Positions 13,401 through 24,800 of a DNA stretch of 64,000 nt are shown here, in pieces. Source of the DNA: Eledone cirrhosa (taxonomy: Eukaryota). The stretch is from assembly GCA_964016885.1 (NCBI GenBank), contig OZ024743.1, positions 120,218,001 through 120,282,000 on the forward strand, read 5' to 3'. Numbering within the stretch: position 1 is the first letter of the stretch; each line of letters begins with the position of its first letter. The position numbers were made by a program, and so were the translations under genes. The notes under the pieces are model-generated. The model worked only from the letters and a program-made list of their open reading frames with translations. It did no database searches and had not been told where the DNA came from.

Positions 13401-14926
13401 GGAGAACGCAAGGGGTGGGGTTCCCGAAATGACAGTTGTGTAACCCCAAGTCAGCTCTGATCAAACAAATCTAGGAGAATGTCTGATATATAGCGATGAT
13501 GAGGATGGTAATGTTGTTTTGGGTTTTTTTTTTACTAAAAAAGGGTAAATATGTCAGTTCTCTTTCGGTTTCGATGAATATATTCTAGTTGTTTGGTCAA
13601 CTGAACTACCTACTGGTTGAATTATACTGTAAACGGTTGCGTATTCCACATACATTTGTGTCCTTAACGCAAACCTCGGGCGTAATTAATGTGACATTAT
13701 GCGATACGACTGGTCTTTCGAATTACATCTAACGGACTTCTACACAGTTTCTGTCTACGCAATGCTTCAATCGACAAGAAGCTACGGAAGAAGAAACATG
13801 CTGAAAGTGCAGAGCAATGGGATTAAACATTCGAAATACATAGACACAAAACGTATACATTTTGATCTTGCGAGAAAGTCAGAGGAATTTATTTAAAGAG
13901 CAATAAATAAATAAATCTAATAATTTGCTGCAGAAAAAGAAAATAAACAGAATTCCTTAGTGCGATGATATTGTATGCATACAACCCAAAATGGCTGTAG
14001 AAAGTGTATATATACGTGTGTTTATATTTGTGTTGTCATTTTGTAGAAGCAACGAGATGCTTATCTCAATAACAACATCTTAAGTATGGGAGCCTCTACG
14101 TAGTCACTCACTCTGCTAAAAATAGCAGCCAAATTTTCTTCAAATCACTCAGCATTTGGTTGGGGGTAGGCACATTGGATAACAGTCCTGTCTACCCTAT
14201 AAAAAGACGGGGTGCTCACGGGTGGAATGTTTTCGATCATAGTTTTGCTTAAAACGAATGTTAGCTATATTGATAGAACCTATGATATTTGTGGAACGAA
14301 GATAACTTCCAACATACAATACAATTCAGACCACAAAAATATGAGAAGGCCTGTCGAGTTTATGACGTGAGAAAGAGACATTTTCGTGTATCGAAGAATC
14401 CCTGAAAGGTATTTCTTCTCGCAACACACCAGTAGGCCTATATTTCGGTAAAATCAAAAAAAAGCGGCGCAATTAAAATTATAACGACACTGATGGGAAA
14501 TATTGATTTAAAAAATGACTTGGCTTTCCTGAGTTACGGAAGTAAATGTTTATACGTTTTACAAATCACAAAAGATAGTTCATTGTTGCTGTTTTTTAAT
14601 TCCTAAGTCAATCGGGGTTGAACAGGCCTACGATCAATAACATTCTCGCTACAACCACTCTTTTGTTATTATTTTCCAGACAGTGTATTCCAGACAATAT
14701 AATTTAATGTGTACTTTTTTAAAGGATGGCAGGTGGCTTTTATTTCTAGCAGATTGAGTAACCACTTCAAGGCTCCTTTACTAGATTGAGTTAGTCTAGT
14801 CTACTTAACAAATGACAAAATATGAAGTAAAGTGGGGTTAGTGGCATAAAAGTAGTCGTAAGTCTTACAGTATTTTATGACAGCAATATTAACCGGTGCA
14901 ACACATGTCACCATATGCATTTTCAT
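4429..14926 (-). CDS. MVD: diphosphomevalonate decarboxylase, 5' part; join(14869..14926,7839..7909,4429..4496); later exons not found in the window
   Basis: Spliced translation [65 protein letters not shown] matches the MVD N-terminal signature ([20 protein letters not shown].S.TL). All GT-AG sites are canonical and phases agree. Confidence 0.95.
4952..5299 (+). mobile_element. tRNA-headed SINE joined to an RTE-tailed repeat
   Basis: A-box TGGCTTAGTGG, B-box GAGTTCAATTC, body tccttgagcaagacactt. The 3' part ends cttgcaagcagggaaaagcggacgtaaaa(tga)n, identical to the RTE end near 34580-34623. Confidence 0.8.
6080..6640 (-). mobile_element. old RTE fragment (finger and C-terminal region)
   Basis: Reverse strand resembles GKWPC..KGVGRNF and MLHDSETW motifs; heavily decayed. 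Confidence 0.7.
6871..6990. repeat. ~29-bp minisatellite, about 4 copies
   Basis: aatattacaccagtttgactttagaagtg-like unit repeated with divergence. Confidence 0.75.
7839..7909 (-). CDS. MVD: MVD coding exon 2
   Basis: ttcactttcag|GG [23 protein letters not shown]|gtaaga; 71 nt. Confidence 0.95.
8137..9250 (+). mobile_element. Penelope-like element 3' remnant (end of GIY-YIG domain plus hammerhead-like terminal region)
   Basis: PVAHHF..PNHSTQHLTVSGL...EQNLILCIGTTFPNGLN resembles the C-terminus of PLE GIY-YIG endonucleases. CTGATGA-AGGACTAGTATCC-GAAAC at 9147-9171. Confidence 0.7.
9147..9180 (+). ncRNA. degenerate minimal hammerhead ribozyme motif
   Basis: Core boxes CTGATGA and GAAA flank a GGA/TCC stem II. 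Stem III reads ACATT instead of palindromic ACGTT, and stem I pairing is poor. Confidence 0.5.
10561..10775. mobile_element. piggyBac-type MITE
   Basis: TTAA-CCCTTTAGCATTTA ... TAAATGCTAAAGGA-TTAA terminal inverted repeats. Related copies near 4238-4376, 11280-11450, 21500-21576 and 36030-36222. Confidence 0.75.
11493..11556. repeat. 32-bp perfect tandem duplication
   Basis: aagtgtgacctagtcaacaatacaactattga x2. Confidence 0.85.
12840..13150 (-). mobile_element. RTE 3' fragment
   Basis: Reverse strand encodes LERNKASMLRWMC...LRWYGHVM...GRPRKTW. Confidence 0.8.
14869..14926 (-). CDS. MVD: MVD coding exon 1
   Basis: ATG at 14926, [19 protein letters not shown]+T, donor gtaaga. An upstream in-frame stop occurs with no earlier ATG. 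Confidence 0.92.
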
Positions 14927-15689
14927 CGTTTGTGGTTCCTGATTGTGTAGAAAGAAACGATGACAGTCAGCGTGAGGTTGAGATTTTCTGGAACCGGCTT
15001 TCCACAGATAAAACGCAATGGATGATCATACAACGAACATGCACTCGCTTACTCTCTCTTTCTCTTTATTTCTCTCTCTTCATTTATATTGTCTCTAACT
15101 CATTCTCTCTCTTACTATTTCTTAATCGCCCTCTTTTTTTCGTAATATTTACCACGAGCGGCAGGCACTTCTCTTCACTGAGTTCCCTCCCTTTAATAAC
15201 ACAAACATTGTAATTACCACGTGCCACCACCACTGTTAGAGTGTCTATATAGACGCTATACCTACTAGAAAAGCAGTTAAATCTTCCTTATATCCTATTT
15301 TGCTCTCTTAAAAAAAAGAACGAGATGGTCACGTCATACCTGTATTTAAATGACAATCACAATCCATTTCCACGTGGCAACACATTTTGACATTTGTTCT
15401 CTGTATTTGTTATTTTTCCTTTCTTCTTTTCATTAATTCCTCATGTAATTAGAATAGTAAAACATTTGTCTTAGATCGTGTTTAATCGTGTTACTTTTTT
15501 TGCTAGAAGGTTATATTGCAACAGTGAATCTTAATATGACCTAACTAGATAAAGATTGCAACCTTTTTATTAGAGTCACCTGTTCTTACACTTTTTTATG
15601 ACTTAGTCCAGTGACTCCCAACCTTTTCACTGACATAACCACCTTTTATTTAAAATTAAATTTAGTTATTTAGATTTTCCCAGTCCCTC

Positions 15690-16710
15690 TTACAGATTCT
15701 TGTCTTAATCTTCAGTGAACTCAGGTGCTTGGTCAATGTAAAATTCTCTCCAGATTCCTGCGACCAGGCTACCTTGCCCAAACAGTTTGAAGGTCTCGGT
15801 CTGCATAAATGCTCGTCTATGCCTCTACTTTGCTTTCTTTCCACCATCCACGCTTGCTTCAATTTAGTAGGTGATATCCTCTCCTTTTCAACATGGGGCT
15901 AGTTCCATCAGGGAGATGGTTGAAGCTTTACTACAGTGAAGGGAGCTGGGTGTGTCAGTTCTTGATACTGACAAGGGTAGACAGAAGCAGAGAGTGTGAG
16001 ACAATCTGCATTCAAGCGACACCTTTAGCTCTCTCTTTGATCAATCTGATCAATTTTCAAGGTGTTGCTTGCTTTCTGCAAGTGGAAAATTTATGGGGGA
16101 CTGGGTTGATGCCCTGCCTGTGGCCAACATTGATGGTCAAGAGGAGCTCCACATCTCCATTGCACTATGAATGGAAGTCTGAGATGTCACTGTGTTAGGC
16201 CCTATGACTCCACAAGCCTCCAAGCTTTGTCTTGCCACCTGAATGCTAGTCGCTTCACACTCCACACCAAGCTAAACCTACTCATTAAGCGGGCCCTGGC
16301 TTGGGTAAATATCCCCTCAATTCTGGAACCAGCTGGATTATCCAGAATTGATGGGAAGAGACCAGATGGTCTTACACTTTGTCCCTGGGTAAATGGTAGA
16401 TGTCTCATCTGGGACACCACAGTCAGTGACTCTTTCGCTCCCTCCCACATCATGGATACTGCTTCTATTGCCAAACAGAATAAAACCCTAAAATACCCAG
16501 AACTATAAATAACTATTTTTTCAAGCCTGTGGCATTCAAGATATTTGGTGGAGCTGGGCCATTGACAGCGAAGTTCTTGTCATTGTTAGTGACTCGCCTT
16601 ACCAAGGTGTCAGGTGATGCCCTGATCATTCCTGGTTGTTTCAGTGCCTTAGCCAAGCCATCACCTGCAGTAATGCTGTAAGCATACTGGTTTGTCTTAA
16701 ACAATTCCAT
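15690..16710 (+). mobile_element. CRE-clade-like non-LTR retrotransposon remnant (restriction-like endonuclease)
   Basis: QATLPKQFEGLGL, then LEPAGLSRIDGKRPDGLTLCPWVNGRCLIWDTTVSDSFAPS, an R-PD...D restriction-like endonuclease motif typical of animal CRE elements. Confidence 0.7.
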
Positions 16711-16789
16711 TGACCCTTGTGGCGTGTGGCCAATTGTTACACTTAGTGGTGAATTGATGGTTGTTTTTCCTTGTTTGCAGGGTCTCCAA

Positions 16790-17255
16790 AACTGATGAGG
16801 CTAAAGGTAAAAAAACTACAACTCATGAAATGCTTATAAACAGCTTACCAAAATATCAAGTTATTCTTAGAGCACAGTAAAGCTGCAAAACTCAAATTCT
16901 AACATGATTCAGACATGGAGAGAGAGCTGGCAACAGAGATCTTGACTGACCCAATTGAATGTCAACCCAATTCAGCCCTCCCACCAGGTACTAACCTCTC
17001 TTGGAGAGTGTGGATGTCCCTGAATTGCCTCAACACAGGTGTCAGCTGATTCAATGCAGCCATGCACCACTGGAGGCTGCAGACATCACCAGCTTGCCTA
17101 TGTGGCTCACCAGAGCAGACTGCAGAACACATACTGAGTGAGTGCCCAGATCACTACTCAACTGAGAGTATAGACCTCACACACCCTAATCCCACTACTA
17201 TGAACTGGTTGCAGTACCTGGGGGATGCCATGTGAATGCTGTCTCATAAGAAGAA
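16790..17255 (+). mobile_element. Vingi/Ingi-like LINE 3' remnant
   Basis: PPGTNLSWRVWMSLNCLNTG...HWRLQTSPACLCGSPEQTAEHILSECP CCHC-type terminus followed by an (aaga)n tail. Confidence 0.55.
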
Positions 17256-18727
17256 AGAAAGAAGTACCAGACTTGTAAAAACAAGTAGTGTAACATCATC
17301 ATTTCATTTTACGTCCGCTTTTCCCTGCATGCAAGGGTGGGACGGGAACTGATTCTAGCTTGATTTCTATAGCTGGATGCCCTTCCTAACACCAACCTCA
17401 TTTACAGTGAGTGCTGGGTGCTTTTTTTTCCGTGGCACCTACACGTCCACTTTACAGTGTGGGCTAGGTGCTTTTTTGCCATGGCACCTCCATAACCATT
17501 TTGCAGTGGAATGATAGGGACCAATATGATTAATTAAATTCTTTGAAAGTGATGCCCCATCATGGTTGCAGTCAAATGAATGAAACCAGTAAAACAATAA
17601 TAAACTGTAGGTGAATTAATTTTTTCTGTAAATTGTTTATATATTGAAGAAATGGCTATTTTCCTTGCTAGAGGTATCATGACAAACTTTCCTATCATCT
17701 GCTTACCAAGTCTCTGGATTTTATAATCTTTGCCATGTTATTCTTGGTCTTTCCCTTCTACTTGTTCCTACATTCACTATCGTCACGTTGTCTTTCTTTA
17801 ACATTATACTTTGTAATTTATAGTTTGTTTTCCCACCTCTCTCTCTAGGATGCCCCACTTATCAACTGATCCATTTTTATTTCAGTTCTTTCCAGCCTTC
17901 TCTGCTGCTCCATGTTCTTCACCAATGTCTTGCTTCCTTAAATCATGGCACTTCTCATATATGTTACATATACCTTATTCATCAGTTTCAGCAACACTCG
18001 CCTCCTTATTAGCATACCACTCAGTTCTCAGAATTTTGTCCACGCATCTCACTTTATCTTATAGATGACAAATAATTTTTACACCTTCCATCTGCATTTC
18101 GCCCAACGTACACTTTACACCTAATTGTTGTTGACACATTATTTATTAATCTTTATAATCTTTTATTTTATAAACTGGCTTCACTCACTAAACTGCGACC
18201 ATGCTGGTGCACCGCATCGAAGGGGTTTAGCCGAGGATATCAATCTTAATACTTATATTTTCAAGCCGGGTAAATAATTTTGTTAAAGTACTAAATTAGG
18301 AGACATAAACAAACAGCAAAGGTAAATACACGTGTCTATTTTTACATACGTAGGCTAACACATTCGTGTATGTCTGGGGTAATAGTTACGTATATAAATA
18401 TTCAATTAGAAAATAAAATATAATTTTATATGAGAAATGAACTAATCAAACAAATAAATTACTTTTATTTAGTTGATACAATTAAAAGAAATATTTAGTT
18501 AGAATACTTAACTATTTATTTTAGCCAATAATATTAAGATATATATTTTATAATTGACTAATTAGTTTAGTCAATTGTTTCAACTAAATTGTTCCTCTTC
18601 TTCGTCCACTTATTTCCCTTCTTACTAAAACAAAACGTAGTTGTTCGTCTGAAGCCCCATAACACTAAAAACTGAAACCTCTTCTGTGTTATTCAGCAGT
18701 TTTTAAGTTATCATTTCAGGTGTGAGG

Positions 18728-18808
18728 ATGTTTTACTTTCCATCTGAATGTTCTTTATCCGAAGACGAACAAAGATCCACAGACTGGTCAGGTTATTCTC
18801 TTGTGGTG
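18728..18808 (+). CDS. PSMG2: PSMG2 coding exon 1
   Basis: MFYFPSECSLSEDEQRSTDWSGYSLVV|gtaagt; phase 0 fits exon 2. Confidence 0.85.
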
Positions 18809-21800
18809 GTAAGTTATTACAGATAATACTAAGTTCGTTTAAAGACTCGGAAAATATATTTTAGAAAAATTAAGAATACTCGTTACATAACCTTTTGAGA
18901 ACTTTTCCCATGTTAATGTTAGCAACATAAATAAAAATGTTTTTTTTTTAACTTTTCACCTATAAACATTTTAATTTTTAATTTTTTTGCGTTTGAGTAA
19001 ATTCAGTAAATATAATATTAGTGATAAAAACAACATTATATTTGTAATGTTCTTCTGAAAGAATTGCGAGCAATTTATAGTGTTATTTATTCATTTGTAA
19101 TGTTATTTGTAATATAATTTTATCTAAGTTTTTTTCTCCCTAATTACTAATTTCTTACATTATTGTTAATGAAAATTCTCTCAAAAACCTTATCACCTGC
19201 TTAGGTAAAATTGTCGTTGCGATATCATCATTTAAAATATTTTAAATAACCAACAAATGTTGCGATGTCTCACTTATTAATTGCAACTTCTGTGTATGGC
19301 TCAAAACTATTCTACTCTGTATGGCATATATTTTGTAATATGACCACCGGTTGACAGATCAAATGATAGATTCATCGACAATTATTTGATTGACAATATA
19401 CAATGCCCCTCGTTTTTACTGGCATTTGGCAGTATCGGTAGAGGGTCGGACGCCAAGCTTTCCAGCATAGTTACGTCCCTTTACGATCTGAGATCAAATC
19501 CCGCCGAGGTTGACTTTGCCTTTCATCCTTACGGGTTTGATAAAATAAAGTACCAGTAATGCACTGGGTAATTGCTGGCCTTGTGCCAAAAGTAGAAACA
19601 ATTAATAATTGTTTCTACTTTAGGCACAAGGCCAGCAATTACCCAGTGTATTTAATACGCGGTGGATTGGCAGTATCGGTAGAGGGTCGGACGCCATGCT
19701 TTCCAGCATAGTTACGTCCCTTTACGATCTGAGTTCAAATCCCGCCGAGGTTGACTTTGCCTTTCATCCTTACGGGGTCGATATAATAAAGTACCAGTAA
19801 TGCACTGGGTAATTGCTGGCCTTGTGCCTAAAGTAGAAACAATTATTAATACAGTCAAGGCGGTGGCTTGGCAGTATCCGTAGAGGGTCGGATGCCATGC
19901 TTTCCAGCATACTTACGTCCCATAACGATCTGAGTTCAACTCCCGCCGAGGTTGACTTTGCCTTTCATCCTTACGGGGTCGATAAAATAAAGTACCAGTA
20001 ATGCACTGGGTAATTGCTGGCCTTGTGCCAAAAGTAGAAACAATTATTAATACAGTCAATAGAGAAAATCCTATAAAAGATCCCTTCATTTCCTCCTGTG
20101 ATCTACCTACAAGAAATAGCAGCCAAATCACCTTAAAAGAGGAAGGACATTTGTAATGTGACCTTACATGCACATTGCCTGAAAAAGATAACGGATTGTT
20201 AATGGCTGAAGCACCTTAGATCATTGATCTACTCATTCATGACTGATGAGAGGCTAAACAGTAACACTGATACCCTGCTGGGTTGAACATTTACCCTTTC
20301 TTTTGTTCGGAAGTTTATAAAATACATATACCAGAGGATGTATGGGGCTGATCAAATATGTTCATGCTTGACAACTTATAAATCTCCAGACAAGAGAGAC
20401 ATTTAACTTTTTTAATACAAACCCAGCCAAAACTGACTCTGGATCTTTGAAACAAAATCAGATGTTTTACAGGGGTCTTTTTAAAATTTATTTCTTCTTC
20501 TTTTCTTCACCCACTTATTCCTGAGAGGGTTATGGGGGCAGAGTCCACAAACACTCCCTCCAGTGGGTCCTGTTAGAAGCAACTGTCTCCAACTGATCTG
20601 GCTGAATCTCCAAGCGAAACCAGCCAAGCTCATGGATGTTATCCAATCATCTTGCTCGGGGTCTACCCCTGGGTCTCCCACCTGTTGGTTTTGCCCGTAA
20701 AATCTGTCCAGCGATTCTTTCTGGAGACATTCTAACCACATGCCCATAGTTATCTTAATAATGAAATAATTAATAATTTTAGTAAATCCCTTGAAATTCT
20801 TCATTAATTAATTGAAATAGGGACTATAACATTAGAAACAATCACAAAATGTTGGTGCTAGTCTGTATAAGTTATTTCCTAAACATTTCAGTTGAAGTTG
20901 TCACTTGAATCCTTTGAAACAATCTTTATAAATCTTAAGCCCATCATTATCATACATCCTTTTTCAATGCTTGTAAGGGTTTTTCAGCACAACTTCTATT
21001 GTATTCCCTCATCTCTTCTCTGCAGAGAACTCCTGGTCTTTCTTCACACAACAATCATCCATACACATGTCCATATTAGCACATTCTTCTCTCTTACTGC
21101 ATTTGATTCCTTTTATACCCTAAATATGCTGTTTATCAATTTTATCTTGCTCTATGTTGTGCATTCCCTTATACAATGTTTGGCCTTGTATTAAGCCTGA
21201 ATTCTCTGTTTCTCAACTTTCAATAAACCTTAAACACTCACTGATTGAGTCCATCATGTTTTTCTTCACTGAAGTCACCATGGAAATATTCCAGGAAGCT
21301 GCAGTGGAGGAAGACTGCGAAAAACCTGGGCAGAAGTGTTTAGAGCTGATCTCAGAATGCTGAATCTCACCGAGGAGATGACAAAGGAATGTTACAAGTG
21401 GAGAGAGGTTGTGCTGTAAAGGGCCCATCCAATCCATGCAAGCATAGTAAATTATGTAACAGAAATATTATTTATTTTGAGGACATTACCTTAACATAAA
21501 TATGAGCAGCCGGTTTGAACAGAAAGAGGTGAGAGAATCCTGGCCGGGTATGGCCAGTTTAAATGTTAAAGGGTTAAGAGACTTTAACTTAATATAGTTA
21601 GGTGTTAGATGAATACAACATGCTCTAATTGTTACTCTCACCTATCAGTGCCAAATGTTGTATAACAAAACTCTAGTTGCAAGGGATGTTACTATTGTTG
21701 TTTAGACTTAACTCAGCCCTGATCAAGAAGATCTATGATCAAATACATTCTAGCCTTGACCAGACTCTCTTTTCTTTAGGACACATTATCCAGTCCTTTT

Positions 21801-24800
21801 TTTTAAAGATTGTAGTATGCTTTCTGAGGTACATTTGGCTATTATTTCTAGCCGGGTGAGCAGCCATGCAGGGGATCTCTCGTTGGTTTGTAGATAATTA
21901 GAATGTAGCCATGAATTGTGCTCCTTACATATCTCTGTATTTTTTCTTTATTCTTATATTGCTATGTTAGTAGTTGTTTAGTCACAAGTTGGCCCTGATT
22001 GAGCAGAGCCATTATCCAAAGAATTCCATTCAATATCATCCTCTTTTTATTCAAACTCAGTCTATCCAGGACCATGTTTTTCAATGTGTCTTTCTTTTCT
22101 AACATGGTAGGATGTGATTTGGGGAAGATTTGCTGCTATCTCTGGCAGGCCGAATTACCTCATAGAAACTCCCATGCTAGCTCATGTGTGAGTAGTTTGT
22201 AGGTGTGGTGTATGTAGGTGGGAAAAGGTATGGAAGATTTAACTTTTCCAGTTTCTTGGAATAATTACTGTTGAATAAACTTGCAGCCTTTTCAATCACT
22301 AAATATGTGTAATATAATTGAAAATTATATATTGAGTATGTAAGTGGTAAATTAGCATTAGAACATCAGATAGATTGCTTTGTGGTATTTGTTCTGGTTC
22401 TCTTCACACTCTGAAGTCAATTTGGTCATTCTTTTGAAGTTGATAAAAAAAGCTACCAGTCCAGTATTGGGGTTGATTCTTCCTCTATATCTATATCTCC
22501 CTTCCTTTATATTAATTACTTTTTTGCTCCTCTGGAAGAAATTGGCTGTGTTCAGACCTAGAGTGGCGATGGGTTCTGCCAGGTTTAATGTTACCATGAC
22601 ATGCCTTATGTCATTGCAATGACTCTACAACTCCATCAGGAGTTACAGGTCCATACACACATACATACATATTTATTATTGTTAAATGTTGTAAATGAAA
22701 CTAAAATTTTGGACATTTTCTGGGTATTTCAGGCTGCTGTATCAATAGGCAATGTCGGTCAATTGACAACAGATTTAATCATTTCAACTTTAGAAATGAC
22801 CAAAGTTGGGTTTATCTATCATGAAAGTCTTTTACCTGTAATTGGTAACAATCCTTACTCTACAGTTAAAAGTTCTTTTTCCTTAATGACAAGCTGTGAA
22901 GGTAATGATTTTATTTTTTTGCATGTTACATGTTTATCAGTAGGTAGCAAATTGTCAGTTAAGCCATTGAATACATTGAATAGAATGCTTTGCAGTTTTT
23001 GTTCTGGTCCTCTGTCCTCTGAGTTGAAATCTCACTGAGGTTTAGCATATATTTCATAATTGTTTCTACTTTAGGCACAAGGCCAGCAATTACCCAGTGC
23101 ATTACTGGTACTTTATTTTATCGACCCCGTAAGGATGAAAGGCAAAGTCAACCTCGGCGGGATTTGAACTCAGATCGTAAAGGGACGTAACTATGCTGGA
23201 AAGCATGGCGTCCGACCCTCTACCGATACTGCCAATCCACCGCCTAGCATATATTTCATAATGAAATTCATTCAGTAACTCACACAAAATATAAAAAATA
23301 ATGTATGGCGCAAATATAGTCTAAGATAAACTTTGAAGTAATCAAATCATAATGTTTTTGTAGAAGGGACTTGGCCTAGCAGATAACGTATTGCACTGTC
23401 TATTCACCTAACTGGGAATGTTAGCCATGATAGAATATTTATCTCTATATCGTTTAGAACTAACGCTAAGCACCAATGCTTATGGCATTCATAGCTTTTA
23501 TAAATCAGTAAATTGTAATTAATTCTCGCTGCAAGAAGACACCTACTGTATGAATTGCAATAAATCAGAAAAATTAACAATTTCAGGAGAAGAGAGCCAT
23601 TTATAATAGCAGTAAAAAGTAATGGAGTAAAGGAAAATAAAGCATGACAAATGATCAAAAATGTTTCTTCTTTCATATTCTTTATTTTATTTTATTTTAT
23701 TTTTTCTCAGTGTATAAATGTGAGGAAAAGAAACTTGTAATTCTGCTACAAAGAGCACCATTTGTTAAAGTAAGTTACTTTACTATATCAACATTGGCAA
23801 ACTCTCAAAATATATTACTCTTTATTTGATATTTTAAGTTTTTACCATTCATTATATTAATGGTATTAGGTATTCTTTTATTTTGTTACTGGTTTTAGTC
23901 ACTAGATTACAGCCAGGCTAGGGCACTGCTTTCATTTAGTCAATCATTAACCGTAGTGCTTATTTAATTTTTTCAAGTCTGGAACTTATTTTAGTGTGGT
24001 TGCTTTTTTTTTTTTGTCTGACTGTTAAGTTATGGGATATAAATACAGATTCACACACTCAGACATGCATATATAACAAACTTCTGCAGTTTCCATCTAC
24101 CAAATTCCACTCACAAGGCATTGGTCAACCTGATGCAATATTAATAGAGACTTGCCTAAAATGCAGTGCAGTGGGACTGAATCCAAAACCACATGGTTGT
24201 GAAGTGAACATCTTAACCACACAGCCATACTTACATTGATGGATCCATATAAAAAAAATTATGAAATTGTATAAGAAATGATTTCTTGCATAATTTGGTG
24301 AGCATTTTTCTGCTACAAAAGCTATCATAACCCATTATCAAAGTTGGGTATGGCTAGTTTGATCAAATAGCTACATCTTAGTGATTGACAGAGTTGATTA
24401 GTTTGAATGTTAGATTGATAAAAGGGTATTTGCTAAACACTTACATACTTCTTTCAGTATATTTTCAATGTATTTGTATACCAACTAATTTTAATATTTC
24501 TTTTATTCTTTATAACAAGGGTAAGCAAGGGGAATACCGTAAATGCTTAGTTCAATGGATTAAAGAACAAAATTTTGACCAAGTTATCATTTTAACAAGT
24601 AGCTCTGCACATGAACGCCTTGATGATCAACTTCGAGGGTAAGTGACACATGTCCATTCACTTCTCTCTAGTGTCTTTGAATAAATTTATTGTTCGTTGT
24701 TTACACCCCAGGTTAATCCTAATCAAGCAAACCTATGATCAAAAAACATTCCAGCCTTGATCATCCTATTATTTTAAAGGTTATCTAGGATAACATTATC

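Noticed and set aside
15329-15336. TCACGTCA as a regulatory site for MVD
   Set aside because: Falls at the edge of a decayed copy of a common interspersed repeat.
19655-19750. tRNA genes (also 4952-5025 and other SINE heads)
   Set aside because: A/B boxes run into SINE bodies and tails; no complete cloverleaf.
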